DNA of 64,000 nt from Candidatus Gastranaerophilales bacterium (GTDB taxonomy: Bacteria; Cyanobacteriota; Vampirovibrionia; Gastranaerophilales; Gastranaerophilaceae): assembly GCA_944324445.1 (NCBI GenBank), contig CALUWL010000002.1, positions 7,868 to 71,867 of the forward strand, written 5' to 3'. A program made the translations under genes and the position numbers. Shown one piece after another: positions 1 through 9,308 of this stretch. The notes under the pieces are model-generated. The model made no database searches. It saw nothing but the letters and a program-made list of their open reading frames with translations, and was not told the DNA's origin. Position 1 is the first letter of the stretch; each line of letters begins with the position of its first letter.

Positions 1-564
1 TTTATATCCCCAAGAAACACTGTAACAAGGTATTTTTGCATTTTTTGCAGTTTGAATATCAACCTCGCTATCACCTATAAAAATTGCTTCATCTAAAGAA
101 ACATCGGAAATTTTTAAAATATTTAAAAGCGCAGCAGGATTAGGTTTTTTAGGAAAATTAACTGATTCACCTAAAGAAATATCAAAAATATCCCCAAAAT
201 ATAATTTAGATAATTTTTTAACCTCATCATCAGGTTTATTTGATAACACTGCAAGTTTAATATTTTCTTTTTTTAACTTTTTAAGAATTTCAACGGCATT
301 ATTATAAGGTTTAGTTTTATTTGTTGAATTTTTTGAATAATGGTCTTTAAAAATTTCAAAACATTCGGCTATTTTTTCTTTATTTTCTCCAACTGCACGC
401 TCAATTAATTTATATACACCATTTCCCACAAATTCCCTTATTTCATCCAAACTTCTTTTTTCTAAATTACATTTACCTAGCGCAAAATTAACGCTATCGG
501 CTAAGTCTTCAAGAGTATATAAAAGAGTGCCGTCTAAATCAAAAATCAACATTTTAATTTTCAT
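1..564 (-). CDS. HAD-superfamily hydrolase, phosphoglycolate phosphatase-like (C-terminus lies beyond the window edge)
   Basis: The reverse strand translates from ATG at 564 as MKIKMLIFDLDGTLLYT..., carrying HAD motif I DxDGT. Later come SNKP and a GDS-x-D motif. The frame stays open to position 1. Confidence 0.7.
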   Translation of the reverse strand, partial: MKIKMLIFDLDGTLLYTLEDLADSVNFALGKCNLEKRSLDEIREFVGNGVYKLIERAVGENKEKIAECFEIFKDHYSKNSTNKTKPYNNAVEILKKLKKENIKLAVLSNKPDDEVKKLSKLYFGDIFDISLGESVNFPKKPNPAALLNILKISDVSLDEAIFIGDSEVDIQTAKNAKIPCYSVSWGYK

Positions 565-605
565 TTTTATTTTTCCTTTTTGCGTATGAAAAATACCTCA
601 AAACA

Positions 606-633
606 TTACATTTATTTACATTTATGATATAAT
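606..633 (+). promoter_or_regulatory. Candidate sigma-70 promoter for fliD (TTACAT-16 nt-TGaTATAAT, extended -10)
   Basis: TTACAT at 606-611, a 16-nt spacer, TG at 625-626 and TATAAT at 628-633. It lies about 75 nt upstream of the fliD start. Confidence 0.45.
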
Positions 634-707
634 TTTACTATATCGTGGAACACAACATATTATAGTATAACTATAAGGATATGATAAGATAAAAGGATTT
701 ATTGGCT

Positions 708-2549
708 ATGACTACAACAATTACAGGCGTTGGTTCAGGGTTTGATATAGACGGTTGGATATCTCAGCTGGTTTCAGCTAAAGAAACTTCGCTTTTGACC
801 CCTCTTCAAACAAAACTTACCACACTGCAAAATAAAAGCACCGCATTAGATGAGCTTAAGGGTAAATATTCAACCCTTCAATCAGCTTTACAAACTTTTA
901 CAAAAACAATCTATGATTCATCATCAGATATGTGGTGCAACACAACAATAAATTCTTCAAATTCCGCTTATGCAACGGCAACCTCATCAGGAAATGTTGC
1001 AAGCGCAAATATCGAGCTTCAAATTGAACAAATTGCAACTGCAACCAGTGCAAAAAGCGTAAATAGCCTTGGTACAATATCCAAAGAAAACATTGAAAAT
1101 GCTAAATTCACAAATCTTGCAAACGGTCAAGCCACAGCAGGCAACTTTACAATGTTTTTAAACGGAAAAGAATACGAAATTGAAATCGAATCCAATGACA
1201 CCGTTAAAGATGTTATGGATAAAATATATAACGCTTCAGAAGGAAAAATCCAAGCAAGTGTTGATGATAGCGGGAATTTTTCAATAAAAGCATACAAAGA
1301 AGAAACAGGTTCAGACGGAACAAATAGCTTTACCGTTGACGAAAGTGCCGTATTATCTCTAGGCTCAAGCTCAGATAAATCTAACTTAGCCGCAGCCCTA
1401 AAACTCCACAACACTGAAGGAACATACAGCTATACAAGTTCATACCCTGTTTCAACAGTTAATACAAAAGCCGCAATGGCAAGTGCTGAATCAGGACTTA
1501 GCGGAATAAAATTCTTTGATGAAAACGGAAATCCTGCAACAAAAGGCACCATTACAATAAACGGGGTTGATTTTGAAATTGATGAAAATACCTCGCTAAA
1601 TACTCTAATTTCAAGAATCAACGGAAACTCAGAAGCAAACGTAAAAGCAAGCTATGATTCTCTTACAAATAAATTAATCTTAACTTCAACTGAAACAGGT
1701 CAAAATAACATCAGTCTTACTGAATCAGGCACAAATTTATTAAATGTTCTCGGTTTTACCACAGGCGAAGGTGAAGACGAAGTGCTTGCTCAAGGTTCTC
1801 AAACACTGGGGCAAAACGCAATAGTCTACATTAACGGAAACAAAGTAATTTCAGCTTCCAATACAATAACTGGTGAATCTTCAGGTATAGCAAACCTTTC
1901 AATCACAGTTAAAAAACCGACAAGCGATTATTCAAACAATAAAGATGACGAAAAAAATATCACACTTGATATTCAACCAGATTACACAAAAGTAAAAGAA
2001 GCATTAACAAAATTTGTCGATGCCTATAATGATGTCGTAACAACAACAAAATCTATGTCAGGTTCAGAAGGCGCAATAGGACATGATTCAACCTTGAATT
2101 CTATATTGAGCTCAGTAAGAGGCTTAACCTCAGATGTAAGCGATAATGAGGGTATGTACACTATGCTTGCTCAAATTGGAATTTCAGCTTCCTCTGCTGA
2201 TACTACAAAACTTTCCATTGACGAAAAAAAATTAGATGAAGCCCTTTCTCAGAATTTTGATTCTGTTAAATTACTTCTATCAGACGGATATACAAGCAAA
2301 ACAGATAACGGCTTATTTGATAAACTTTTAGCCGATATAAACTCTGTTTTAGATGTTGAAAGCGGGTATTTCAGCCAAAAATCAACAAGTTTGCAATCTC
2401 AAATAACAACCGTAAACGATAGAATTGAAAGAGCGAACACAACACTGGCTAATTATGAAGCAAGAATAACAAAACAATTTAACGCAATGGATTCAACTAT
2501 TTCATCCCTTAGCGCTCAGTTATCTGCTTTCCAATCATATTTAGGATAA
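708..2549 (+). CDS. fliD: Flagellar filament capping protein FliD (hook-associated protein 2)
   Basis: The N-terminus ITGVGSGFDIDGWISQLVSAKETSLLTPLQTK and the C-terminal coiled region (RIERANTTLANYEARITKQFNAMDSTISSL) are typical of FliD. The ORF track starts at TTG 702, but ATG 708 has better spacing to AAAAGGA at 691-697. Confidence 0.9.
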   Translation: MTTTITGVGSGFDIDGWISQLVSAKETSLLTPLQTKLTTLQNKSTALDELKGKYSTLQSALQTFTKTIYDSSSDMWCNTTINSSNSAYATATSSGNVASANIELQIEQIATATSAKSVNSLGTISKENIENAKFTNLANGQATAGNFTMFLNGKEYEIEIESNDTVKDVMDKIYNASEGKIQASVDDSGNFSIKAYKEETGSDGTNSFTVDESAVLSLGSSSDKSNLAAALKLHNTEGTYSYTSSYPVSTVNTKAAMASAESGLSGIKFFDENGNPATKGTITINGVDFEIDENTSLNTLISRINGNSEANVKASYDSLTNKLILTSTETGQNNISLTESGTNLLNVLGFTTGEGEDEVLAQGSQTLGQNAIVYINGNKVISASNTITGESSGIANLSITVKKPTSDYSNNKDDEKNITLDIQPDYTKVKEALTKFVDAYNDVVTTTKSMSGSEGAIGHDSTLNSILSSVRGLTSDVSDNEGMYTMLAQIGISASSADTTKLSIDEKKLDEALSQNFDSVKLLLSDGYTSKTDNGLFDKLLADINSVLDVESGYFSQKSTSLQSQITTVNDRIERANTTLANYEARITKQFNAMDSTISSLSAQLSAFQSYLG

Positions 2550-2550
2550 A

Positions 2551-3579
2551 TTATTTAACAATTTTTCCTGCTAATTGACCACAAGCAGCATCTATATCTG
2601 CGCCTCTTTCGAGTCTAATTGTAACCTTTTTGCCGCTTTCTTCAAGAAGGTACTTGAATTTCAACATGTTATTTTTTTCAGGTTTCTTGAATTTATCACC
2701 CTTGACAGGGTTATAGGGAATTAAATTAATATTACATTTTAAATCTTTAAGATAATTAATTAATTCCTTTGCGCACTCAAAGCTGTCATTAAACCCGCCA
2801 ATTAAAATATATTCAATTGTAACCCTGTCTTTAGTTGCTTGATTATACGTTTTAAGAGCATCATGAAGTATAGCTATATCATATTTCTTTTCAATCGGCA
2901 TAACTTTATTTCTTAATATATGATTTGGTGCATGCAATGATATTGCTAGAGTCGGAACTAAATCATTTTTTGATAATTCTATTATTTTTGGAACAACTCC
3001 GCAAGTAGATAAAGTAATTCTTCTTATTGAAATCTGAAGGTTTTTATTAATTAATTTTAGTGCTTCAGCTACATTTTCGTAATTATCTAAAGGTTCTCCC
3101 TGACCCATAAACACAACATTTGTGATTTTTAAGCCTGTATCGATTTGCGCATGTAAAATTTGAGATACTATTTCATAAGCCAAAAGATTTCTCTTAAAAC
3201 CGTTTTTACCTGTCGCGCAAAATTTGCAGCCCATTTTGCATCCTACTTGACTTGAAACACACATAGAAAGATTTGAGCGATTATCAAACCTCATCAATAC
3301 TGTTTCTGCGCAGTTTCCATCTGCAAATTCAATTAAATATTTTATTGTTCCGTCTTTAGAAATTTGCCTTAATTTAATTTTAGAATCCAAAATCGTGCAA
3401 TTTTCATTTAAAAATGCCCTGAATTCTTTTTTTACATCTGTCATTTCATCAAAAGAAGAAGCATTTTTAGCCCAAATCCAAGAAAATATCTGTTCTGCTC
3501 TAAATTTTTTTTCACCTTTAGATACTATAAAATCAATCAATTCTTCTTTTGTTAGCTTAGATAAAACAACTTTTTCCAT
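2551..3579 (-). CDS. rlmN: 23S rRNA/tRNA adenine-C2 methyltransferase RlmN (radical SAM)
   Basis: Radical-SAM cluster motif GCKMGCKFCATG, the C-terminal catalytic Cys context DIDAACGQL, and a length of 342 aa. Confidence 0.9.
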   Translation of the reverse strand: MEKVVLSKLTKEELIDFIVSKGEKKFRAEQIFSWIWAKNASSFDEMTDVKKEFRAFLNENCTILDSKIKLRQISKDGTIKYLIEFADGNCAETVLMRFDNRSNLSMCVSSQVGCKMGCKFCATGKNGFKRNLLAYEIVSQILHAQIDTGLKITNVVFMGQGEPLDNYENVAEALKLINKNLQISIRRITLSTCGVVPKIIELSKNDLVPTLAISLHAPNHILRNKVMPIEKKYDIAILHDALKTYNQATKDRVTIEYILIGGFNDSFECAKELINYLKDLKCNINLIPYNPVKGDKFKKPEKNNMLKFKYLLEESGKKVTIRLERGADIDAACGQLAGKIVK

Positions 3580-3630
3580 ACTGAAATATTAACATAAATT
3601 AAAAATTTTTTAAAAATAATTCATACACCC

Positions 3631-3659
3631 TTGCAAATAAAACATCTTTAAAATAAAAT
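3631..3659 (+). promoter_or_regulatory. Candidate sigma-70 promoter for rpmI-rplT (TTGCAA-17 nt-TAAAAT)
   Basis: TTGCAA at 3631-3636, a 17-nt spacer and TAAAAT at 3654-3659, about 55 nt upstream of the rpmI ATG. Confidence 0.45.
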
Positions 3660-3714
3660 AATCTTACCCGAAGTGGCTTTGGTATGCCACAAGGAAAGAA
3701 AAAGGAGAAAAAAA

Positions 3715-3927
3715 ATGCCTAAAATGAAAACACACAGATCAGCGGCAAAACGCTACAAAATCACAGGAACCGGCAAAATTTTAAGACAAAAAGCCGGAAA
3801 AGGACACTTGTTGGCTCACAAAAGCCCTGCTAGAAAAAACAGACTTTCAGGAACAACTGAAGTGTTTGAAGGAAATTTGAAAATGATTTCCAAGGAATTA
3901 CCGTACAAAAAGAAATTCACTAGATAG
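3715..3927 (+). CDS. rpmI: 50S ribosomal protein L35
   Basis: MPKMKTHRSAAKRYKITGTGKILRQKAGKGHLL is the canonical L35 N-terminus. AAAGGAG lies 7 nt upstream of ATG 3715. The longer ORF starting at 3673 is an upstream extension. Confidence 0.9.
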   Translation: MPKMKTHRSAAKRYKITGTGKILRQKAGKGHLLAHKSPARKNRLSGTTEVFEGNLKMISKELPYKKKFTR

Positions 3928-3936
3928 GAGCCGAAA

Positions 3937-4287
3937 ATGAGAGTCAAACGTGGTAATGTTTTAAGAAAAAGACATAAAAAAATATTAAAATTAGCTAAAG
4001 GTTTCTTGGGTGCAAGAAGCAGAATATTCAAAGTTGCAAATATCGCTGTAATGAAAAAATTAAAATATCAATACAGAGACAGACGCAACCTAAAAAGAAA
4101 TATGCGTGCACTTTGGATAATCAGAATTAATGCAGCAGTTAGAGAACTTGGTTTAACTTATTCAAAATTTATGAATATGCTTAAAAAAGCAAACATCCAA
4201 GTAAACAGAAAAATGTTGGCTGAACTTGCAGCAAACGAACCTGATGCATTTAAAGTGCTTGTTGAAACTGCTCAAAGCGCAAAATAA
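3937..4287 (+). CDS. rplT: 50S ribosomal protein L20
   Basis: [23 protein letters not shown]...YRDRR is the canonical L20 sequence. A GGAG RBS precedes the start. Confidence 0.95.
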   Translation: MRVKRGNVLRKRHKKILKLAKGFLGARSRIFKVANIAVMKKLKYQYRDRRNLKRNMRALWIIRINAAVRELGLTYSKFMNMLKKANIQVNRKMLAELAANEPDAFKVLVETAQSAK

Positions 4288-4306
4288 TTTTTCTTAAAAA
4301 ATACAT

Positions 4307-4337
4307 AAAGACCGCATAGATTATATGCGGTCTTTTC
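4307..4337 (+). terminator. Rho-independent terminator after rplT
   Basis: Stem GACCGCATA (4310-4318) pairs with TATGCGGTC (4324-4332), with a 5-nt loop followed by TTTT. Confidence 0.7.
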
Positions 4338-4346
4338 AAATTTTGG

Positions 4347-4396
4347 ATTTCTCTCTTTTTGTGTGTGTTCTCTTTACTCTCAATTTCTCTCTTTTT
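4347..4396 (+). repeat. Two direct copies of ATTTCTCTCTTTTT inside a pyrimidine/G-only tract
   Basis: Identical 14-mers at 4347-4360 and 4383-4396. The surrounding 4341-4402 has almost no A on the plus strand. Confidence 0.6.
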
Positions 4397-4412
4397 TTCG
4401 TGTTTTATAGCG

Positions 4413-4601
4413 TTAATCCAAAAGTGCTTCTAAAATTGCTGCGTTCTTTGTTGCAAATGTATTTTCTCTCATTTTTGAACGATTAATGTAAGTTCTTAGA
4501 GCTTCTCTAATTAATTCACTTCTTGTTCTGTTTTCACCTTCTGCAACTGAATCGATTTGTGATAAAAACTTTTCGGGCATTGAAATTAGTACTCTAGCCA
4601 T
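4413..4601 (-). CDS. Ribbon-helix-helix (CopG/MetJ-Arc family) DNA-binding protein
   Basis: At 62 aa, MARVLISMPEKFLSQIDSVAEGENRTRSELIREALRTY fits the RHH beta-strand plus two-helix pattern. GGAGA lies upstream of the ATG. Confidence 0.7.
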   Translation of the reverse strand: MARVLISMPEKFLSQIDSVAEGENRTRSELIREALRTYINRSKMRENTFATKNAAILEALLD

Positions 4602-4794
4602 TTGGTATCTCCTTATTACTTATTTATTTTATATTTCGTACTTACATATATATAAAGTATATCTTTTATAATAAATTGCCTTTTTGTTTTTTATTTTTAG
4701 AATTTCCTTAATATTTCTTAACAAATTCCTAACTAAAATACTTAAAACGCCTGACAAAACTGGACAAAATATTTTTTATCATTAATAGAAAATT

Positions 4795-5181
4795 ATGAAA
4801 AATATACTCATAAAATTTTTTAAAAACAAAAATAAATGCACCCATAAAAACGCTCTAATAAACACAAATGAAGGATATTGCCCCGATTGCGGACAATATC
4901 TTGTTAAAAATTATTATATTGTAAGATGTGCATCATGCGACATAAAACGAGAAGCAAAGCTCTATTGGGGCGAAATAGTACCTAAAAATAAATTCTGCTC
5001 AAATTGCGGCGCAAGCGAATACTACATAGAAAAACTCGACAAAATCAATTTTATTGATGCACAATTTGCAATATATATAAAAGAAATAGCAGAAGAAATA
5101 AAAAACCAATCCCCTGAAACACAAATTTGGGTAGAAAAAGAAAATGGAACAATAAAACAAATAGAAGTAAAATCAGCCTAG
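4795..5181 (+). CDS. Hypothetical zinc-ribbon protein (three CxxC pairs)
   Basis: CPDCGQ, CASCD and CSNCG pairs are present. I recognise no other family. The 3' end overlaps the dnaE stop by 9 nt. Confidence 0.5.
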   Translation: MKNILIKFFKNKNKCTHKNALINTNEGYCPDCGQYLVKNYYIVRCASCDIKREAKLYWGEIVPKNKFCSNCGASEYYIEKLDKINFIDAQFAIYIKEIAEEIKNQSPETQIWVEKENGTIKQIEVKSA

Positions 5182-8100
5182 AGCACGAATTTCAACTTCC
5201 AGCTTATCTTTAAATGTAGCAGTTAATTCTTTTTCAATTGAATCATTTATATTAACCCAAAGATGATTATTTGTAAGCATTTCAAACCTTCTTACATTAT
5301 CAAATTCATCAGGCGCCTCAAAATCGATTACGACAGGATTTTCACCCTTATGCTTTACAAGAAGTTCCTTTAATAAAATGTTTTCTTCAGCTGCAAACTC
5401 CTTTAAAAAATGCAAAGTAACAAGATTTACCTGCTCTATAGGCTTAACTTCAATAATAGAAAGATTAATTTCTTCATCTCTAATGTTAACTTTTGCTCTT
5501 AAAATAGCTTTATGCTCTGATTCAATTAACGCTCCATAATTTTCCACTACTTTTGGGAAGGCAACTATTCCAATTCTACCTGTTAAATCTTCGATTTGAC
5601 CTGTTTTTATATATTTTGTCGGGTCTTTTTTAGTTGGTTTTTGAACAATTTGAGATAATAAACCGCAAATTGTAACTGTTTCATCTTGTTTCGGATTTTC
5701 TAAAATATCTTCAATGGTTTGAGTTGTGATATATTTTAAAGTGTCTTTAATTGAAGCTAAAGGATGAGAGGTTACATATATTCCCATTAACTCTTTTTCA
5801 AACATCTGGATTTGAGAATCGCTAAATTCATCCTCGCTGCTGCCTGACATTTTAAATGTAGGTATGTTAAGTTCTTCCTGTGCATCTTCACCAAGAGCAG
5901 AAAATAGACTAACTTGACCTGACATTTTGGTTTTTTCGGAGTTGTGAACAAATTCAACAACATTATCAATATTATTTAAAAGTTGTTTTCTGGATTTTTC
6001 AATTGATGCAAAGGCACCGGCTTTAATCAAGCTTTCCAATGTTCTTTTATTCAAACATTTTGAATCAACTCTTGAACAAAAATCAAAGAAGCTTTCAAAA
6101 GGCTTATCTTTTCTTTCATTTTCAATTTGCTCAATAACCGCTTCTCCAACATTTTTAATTGAAGCTAAACCAAAACGAATATTTTTGCCATCCGGTGTAA
6201 ATTGAGAGTTAGATTTATTAATATCGGGCGCTAAAACCTCTATTCCCTGCGCTTGACATTGAAGAATATATTGTTGAGTTTTTTCTTGCTTATCAGCAAC
6301 CGAAGTTAACATTGCACACATAAATTCAACAGGATAATGAGCCTTCAAGTACGCTGTTTGATAAGCAACAAATGCATAAGCAGAAGAGTGCGCCTTGTTA
6401 AAACAATATTTTGCAAAGCTTTCTATTTGTTCAAACAATTTTGTTGCAGCTTCCGAGCTCATTCCTTTTTTTGCCGTCGCTTCAACAAAAATTGATTTTT
6501 GCTCCGCCATTTGTTGAAGCTTCTTTTTACCCATCATACGACGAACCATATCAGCTCCGCCCAATGAATAATCAGCTAAAGTTTGGAAAATAGCCATAAT
6601 CTGCTCTTGATAAAGGATTGTTCCGTAAGTATCTTTTAAGATACTTTCAAGTAGGGGGTGAGCATATTCAATTTTTTGACGGCCGTGTTTTCTGTCTATA
6701 AAATCTTCAACCATGCCGGCTTCCAACGGCCCAGGACGATACAGAGCAACCATAGCGCCCAAATCCTCAAATACAGTAGGCTTTAGACGTTTAATATATT
6801 TTTTCATTCCGCTTGATTCAAGCTGGAAAACTGCATCCGTTTCGCCTTTAGAGAGCATTTCAAAGGTTTCTTTATCATCAAGAGGAATATTATTTATGTC
6901 AATATCTTCCCCTGTTCTTTCTTTAATTAAATCAAGTGCATCTTGAATAATAGTCAAAGTTTCAAGACCCAGAAAGTCCATTTTAAGAAGACCTAATTTT
7001 TCAATTCCCGCCATAGGATATTGAGTTGTTGTTGCTTTTTCTTTTGATAATGCAACAGGGATAATCTCATCCATAGGTCTTGGTGCAATAATAACACCTG
7101 CTGCATGAGTTCCTACCTGATTTTTTAAGCCCTCCATATGAAGCGCTTCATCTACAAGACTTTGAACCTGAGAATTTTCATCACAAAGTTTTTTTAATTC
7201 CATTCCGTCTAAAAGCGCATCTTTTAATTTTGTTCCCGGATTTGATGGAATCATTCCCGCCCAAGAGTTTGCTTGCGAAAAAGGAATATCATAAACCCTG
7301 CACACTGCTTTTAGGGCAGCTTTTGCAGCCAATGTGCCAAAAGTTATAATCTGACAAACATGATCTGCCCCCCAACGCTCAGAAACATAGTCTATAACTT
7401 CGCCTCTGCGTCTTTGGCAAAAATCGATATCTATATCAGGCATTGATATACGTTCAGGATTTAAGAAACGCTCAAACAACAGATTATGCCTAATTGGATC
7501 AAGTTCTGTTATTCCCAAAGAATAAGCTACAATACTTCCTGCAGCAGATCCACGACCCGGACCGACAGGAATTTTATGTTCTTTTGCCCAATTTATAAAA
7601 TCCCAAGTCAAAAGAAAATAAGCAGGAAAACCCATTTTGCATATTACATCAAACTCATATTCATAACGTTTGATTATATCATCAGGAATAGGATCTCCAT
7701 ATCTTTTTTTCAATCCTTGACGACACAAATGGTCAAAATATTGAACTTCATTGTATCCCTCAGGACAAGGATATTTTGGTAAATATTCCTTTGTTTTGCC
7801 AAATTCCAATTTATCCATTTGGAAATCAACTTTATCGGCAATTTCAACTGTATTTGAAATACAAGTATTAAAATAATCTTCATCCATCCAAGAAAATGCT
7901 TGTCTTAATTCTTCAACGGTTTTAACATAAAACTCATTAACGGAAAATTTAAACCTGTCGGGATTAGATTTTGAAGATTTTGTTTGCTCACATAACAAAG
8001 TATCATGCCAAGCGGCATCTTGAGCTTTAAGATAGTGCGAGTCATTTGTTATTACCGTTTTAATATTTAATTCTTCAGCAATTTCCATTAAAATCGGGTT

Positions 8101-8697
8101 TGATTCTTTTTGTTCTTTTAAACCATGATCTTGCAGCTCTATATAATAATCTTCACCAAATAATTCTTTATAATATTTTGCTTTTTTTATTGCTTCTTCT
8201 TTATTTCCATCCAATATATTTCTTGCAACTTCGCCTTGAATACAAGCAGATAAACATATTAAATCATCTTTATATTTCTCTAAAATTTCGTGGTTTATGC
8301 GAGGTTTATAATAATATCCTTTTGTTGTTGCAATCGAATCCAATTTACACAAATTATGATAACCGTTTTGATTTTTAGCAAGCAAAACAAGGTGATACAT
8401 AGTTTTTTTGGATCTATCTTCCAATACATCACCGTCGCATATATAAAACTCGCAGCCTAATATGGGTTTTATAGCTTCAATTTTCTTTTTCATCTCCTGT
8501 TCTTCTTCAGAGAGCATGTGAGATAACATTTCATTTTTTGCAATAAACATATCAGCGCAGCCATACATAACGCCATGATCTGTTATTGCAATTGCAGGCA
8601 TATCGTTTTCAGCTGCATATTTATAAAAATCAGGAATCCTTATTGCACCATCCAAAAGGGAATATTCCGTGTGTATATGTAGAGGAACATATTTCAT
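5173..8697 (-). CDS. dnaE: DNA polymerase III alpha subunit
   Basis: The N-terminal PHP domain (YVPLHIHTEYSLLDGA) is present, the polymerase core matches (GPGRGSAAGS, MPDIDIDF), and the length is 1174 aa. Confidence 0.95.
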   Translation of the reverse strand: MKYVPLHIHTEYSLLDGAIRIPDFYKYAAENDMPAIAITDHGVMYGCADMFIAKNEMLSHMLSEEEQEMKKKIEAIKPILGCEFYICDGDVLEDRSKKTMYHLVLLAKNQNGYHNLCKLDSIATTKGYYYKPRINHEILEKYKDDLICLSACIQGEVARNILDGNKEEAIKKAKYYKELFGEDYYIELQDHGLKEQKESNPILMEIAEELNIKTVITNDSHYLKAQDAAWHDTLLCEQTKSSKSNPDRFKFSVNEFYVKTVEELRQAFSWMDEDYFNTCISNTVEIADKVDFQMDKLEFGKTKEYLPKYPCPEGYNEVQYFDHLCRQGLKKRYGDPIPDDIIKRYEYEFDVICKMGFPAYFLLTWDFINWAKEHKIPVGPGRGSAAGSIVAYSLGITELDPIRHNLLFERFLNPERISMPDIDIDFCQRRRGEVIDYVSERWGADHVCQIITFGTLAAKAALKAVCRVYDIPFSQANSWAGMIPSNPGTKLKDALLDGMELKKLCDENSQVQSLVDEALHMEGLKNQVGTHAAGVIIAPRPMDEIIPVALSKEKATTTQYPMAGIEKLGLLKMDFLGLETLTIIQDALDLIKERTGEDIDINNIPLDDKETFEMLSKGETDAVFQLESSGMKKYIKRLKPTVFEDLGAMVALYRPGPLEAGMVEDFIDRKHGRQKIEYAHPLLESILKDTYGTILYQEQIMAIFQTLADYSLGGADMVRRMMGKKKLQQMAEQKSIFVEATAKKGMSSEAATKLFEQIESFAKYCFNKAHSSAYAFVAYQTAYLKAHYPVEFMCAMLTSVADKQEKTQQYILQCQAQGIEVLAPDINKSNSQFTPDGKNIRFGLASIKNVGEAVIEQIENERKDKPFESFFDFCSRVDSKCLNKRTLESLIKAGAFASIEKSRKQLLNNIDNVVEFVHNSEKTKMSGQVSLFSALGEDAQEELNIPTFKMSGSSEDEFSDSQIQMFEKELMGIYVTSHPLASIKDTLKYITTQTIEDILENPKQDETVTICGLLSQIVQKPTKKDPTKYIKTGQIEDLTGRIGIVAFPKVVENYGALIESEHKAILRAKVNIRDEEINLSIIEVKPIEQVNLVTLHFLKEFAAEENILLKELLVKHKGENPVVIDFEAPDEFDNVRRFEMLTNNHLWVNINDSIEKELTATFKDKLEVEIRALG

Positions 8698-8735
8698 AAT
8701 TTAAATTTTACCATAGATAAAAAGCATGAATTAAT

Positions 8736-9308
8736 TTATTCTATATTCTTTAAAAGCAGCTTTACATCTTCTGTTATTATCATTTTAGGGTATGTATTTA
8801 TAAATTCATCAAATACTGCTTTGGCTGTTCCTTTTTTTCCTGTTTTATAATAAATTAATCCCGCTATTATCCGATTATAAGGATTTGTTGTGTCGTTTAG
8901 TGCTTTTGTTAATTCTTTATTATAAGTTTTTGTTTTAACACAAGCATCTGCGTATGCTTCATAATATGCCATATTTATGCAGTCTTTGTTTATTGCATCC
9001 CTGAAAGCTTTTTTTGCATGGGTATAATACCCGATTTTCATTAATGTTTTTCCGATATTATACAAGTATACAGCGCTTTCTGACGAATTTGCAGTCAAAT
9101 TATATGCTATTTCATATTCCTTTAGCGCACTTTTATAATTTTTTTCCTCAAAATAAATATTACCCATGTTAGAGTGCAGTCTTGCGTTTTTTCTTGCGTC
9201 AATTTTTTGCCACTCATATCCGTCTAAGCCTCTATTTGAGTTCATTGAATAAACAGGCAGTGATAAAAATATAAGCGCTGCAGCCAATATTTTATAATTC
9301 GACTTCAT
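8736..9308 (-). CDS. Secreted tetratricopeptide-repeat protein
   Basis: Signal-peptide-like MKSNYKILAAALIFLSLPVYS from the internal ATG at 9308. TPR-like repeats follow (GNIYFEEKNYKSALKEYEIAY...). The ORF track start at 9338 would overlap the upstream gene by 47 nt. Confidence 0.7.
   Translation of the reverse strand: MKSNYKILAAALIFLSLPVYSMNSNRGLDGYEWQKIDARKNARLHSNMGNIYFEEKNYKSALKEYEIAYNLTANSSESAVYLYNIGKTLMKIGYYTHAKKAFRDAINKDCINMAYYEAYADACVKTKTYNKELTKALNDTTNPYNRIIAGLIYYKTGKKGTAKAVFDEFINTYPKMIITEDVKLLLKNIE

Noticed and set aside
1127-1621. Two minus-strand ORFs (95 and 63 aa) inside fliD
   Set aside because: They lie entirely antisense to a well-supported FliD coding region. They have low-complexity translations and no RBS.
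3673-3714. Upstream extension of the rpmI ORF (MALVCHKERKRRKK)
   Set aside because: The canonical L35 N-terminus MPKMKTH starts at ATG 3715, which has AAAGGAG just upstream. The extension contains the leader hairpin.
4761-4797. Leaderless-type geometry for the zinc-ribbon gene (TGGACA-16 nt-TAATAG-6 nt-ATG)
   Set aside because: The -10 candidate TAATAG lacks the invariant final T and matches only 3/6, so it is too weak to count with the other four cases.
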